DNA of 64,000 nucleotides from Haplodiscus bocki (Eukaryota): NCBI GenBank assembly GCA_965655095.1, contig OZ296656.1, positions 16,554,001 to 16,618,000 of the forward strand, read 5' to 3'. Shown piece by piece: positions 63,385 to 64,000 of this stretch (position 1 is its first letter; each line of letters starts with the position of its first letter). The notes under the pieces were generated by a model. It saw only the letters and a program-made list of their open reading frames with translations, ran no database searches and was not told where the DNA came from. The position numbers and the translations under genes were made by a program.

Positions 63385-63775
63385 AATATGATTATGAACT
63401 CCGGCTCAAAAACGGAATGAACGAACGATGAATATGATTTTGAACGAAATAATATCCGGTTCATAAAACGGAATGAACGAACGATGAATATGATTTTGAA
63501 TGAAATAATATCCGGTTCATAAAACGGAATGAACGAACGATGAATATGATTATGAACGAAATAGCATCCGGTTCATAAAACGGAATGAACGAACGATGAA
63601 TATGATTATGAACGAAATAATATCCGGTTCATAAACCGGAATGAACGAACGATGAATATGAACGATGAATATGATTATGAACGAAATAATATCCGGTTTA
63701 TAAAACGGAATGAACGAACGATGAATATGAACGATGAATATGATTATGAACGAAATAATACCCGGTTCATAAAAC
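63385..63775. repeat. 56-bp minisatellite, ~7 copies
   Basis: Unit aatatgattatgaacgaaataatatccggttcataaaacggaatgaacgaacgatg starts at 63385 (shortened), 63431, 63487, 63543, 63599, 63668 and 63737 (partial). Two junctions carry an extra 13-bp aatatgaacgatg. Confidence 0.97.
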
Positions 63776-64000
63776 AAATGGGCCGGATAACACAAATAAA
63801 AGCTTAGCTTGCTGTATTTAGTTTAATTTCAACGCCTCTGATTGGTTCATTAGTTTGCGGATTGAATTTTATTTAAATCGAGAGGAATTATTGCACCGCT
63901 GAGCGGTGCTGAAATGTTACTTAGGTGAGCTCGCTGTGATAGAAAATTTTCAATCTCGTGTAATTGTGCGATTGGCAAGTAAGGTGGCAATGCGACCTAC

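Noticed and set aside
63385-63775. Regular repeats with an internal palindrome, as a CRISPR array
   Set aside because: Units are head-to-tail with no unique spacers, there are no cas genes, and the context is a eukaryotic intron.
63550-63795. 81-aa ORF with repeated IISFIIIFIV
   Set aside because: Translation of the 56-bp minisatellite.

Overview
AT-rich, repeat-laden eukaryotic (animal) genomic DNA with no prokaryotic features. The backbone is 17 internal coding exons of a divergent IFT172 gene (intraflagellar transport complex B) on the + strand, 15135-60264. They splice in frame to about 1049 aa, and both gene ends lie outside the window. Two apparent host genes sit in its introns. One is a four-exon antisense gene (37783->30488, about 775 aa: one transmembrane helix, coiled coils and a long P/E/K/S-rich tail) filling the 14-kb intron. 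The other is an intronless 77-aa secreted 8-cysteine peptide precursor at 10066-10299, in the >15-kb stretch upstream of the first visible exon. The remaining intron space holds a decayed CR1/L2-type LINE, a decayed hAT transposon with a 56-bp minisatellite at its 5' end, very old BEL/Pao-like fragments, MITE-like and tRNA-SINE-like repeats, and microsatellites. Notably, 14 of the 20 inferred splice donors are GTT rather than the usual GTA/GTG. All homology calls come from recalled motifs, not from database searches.
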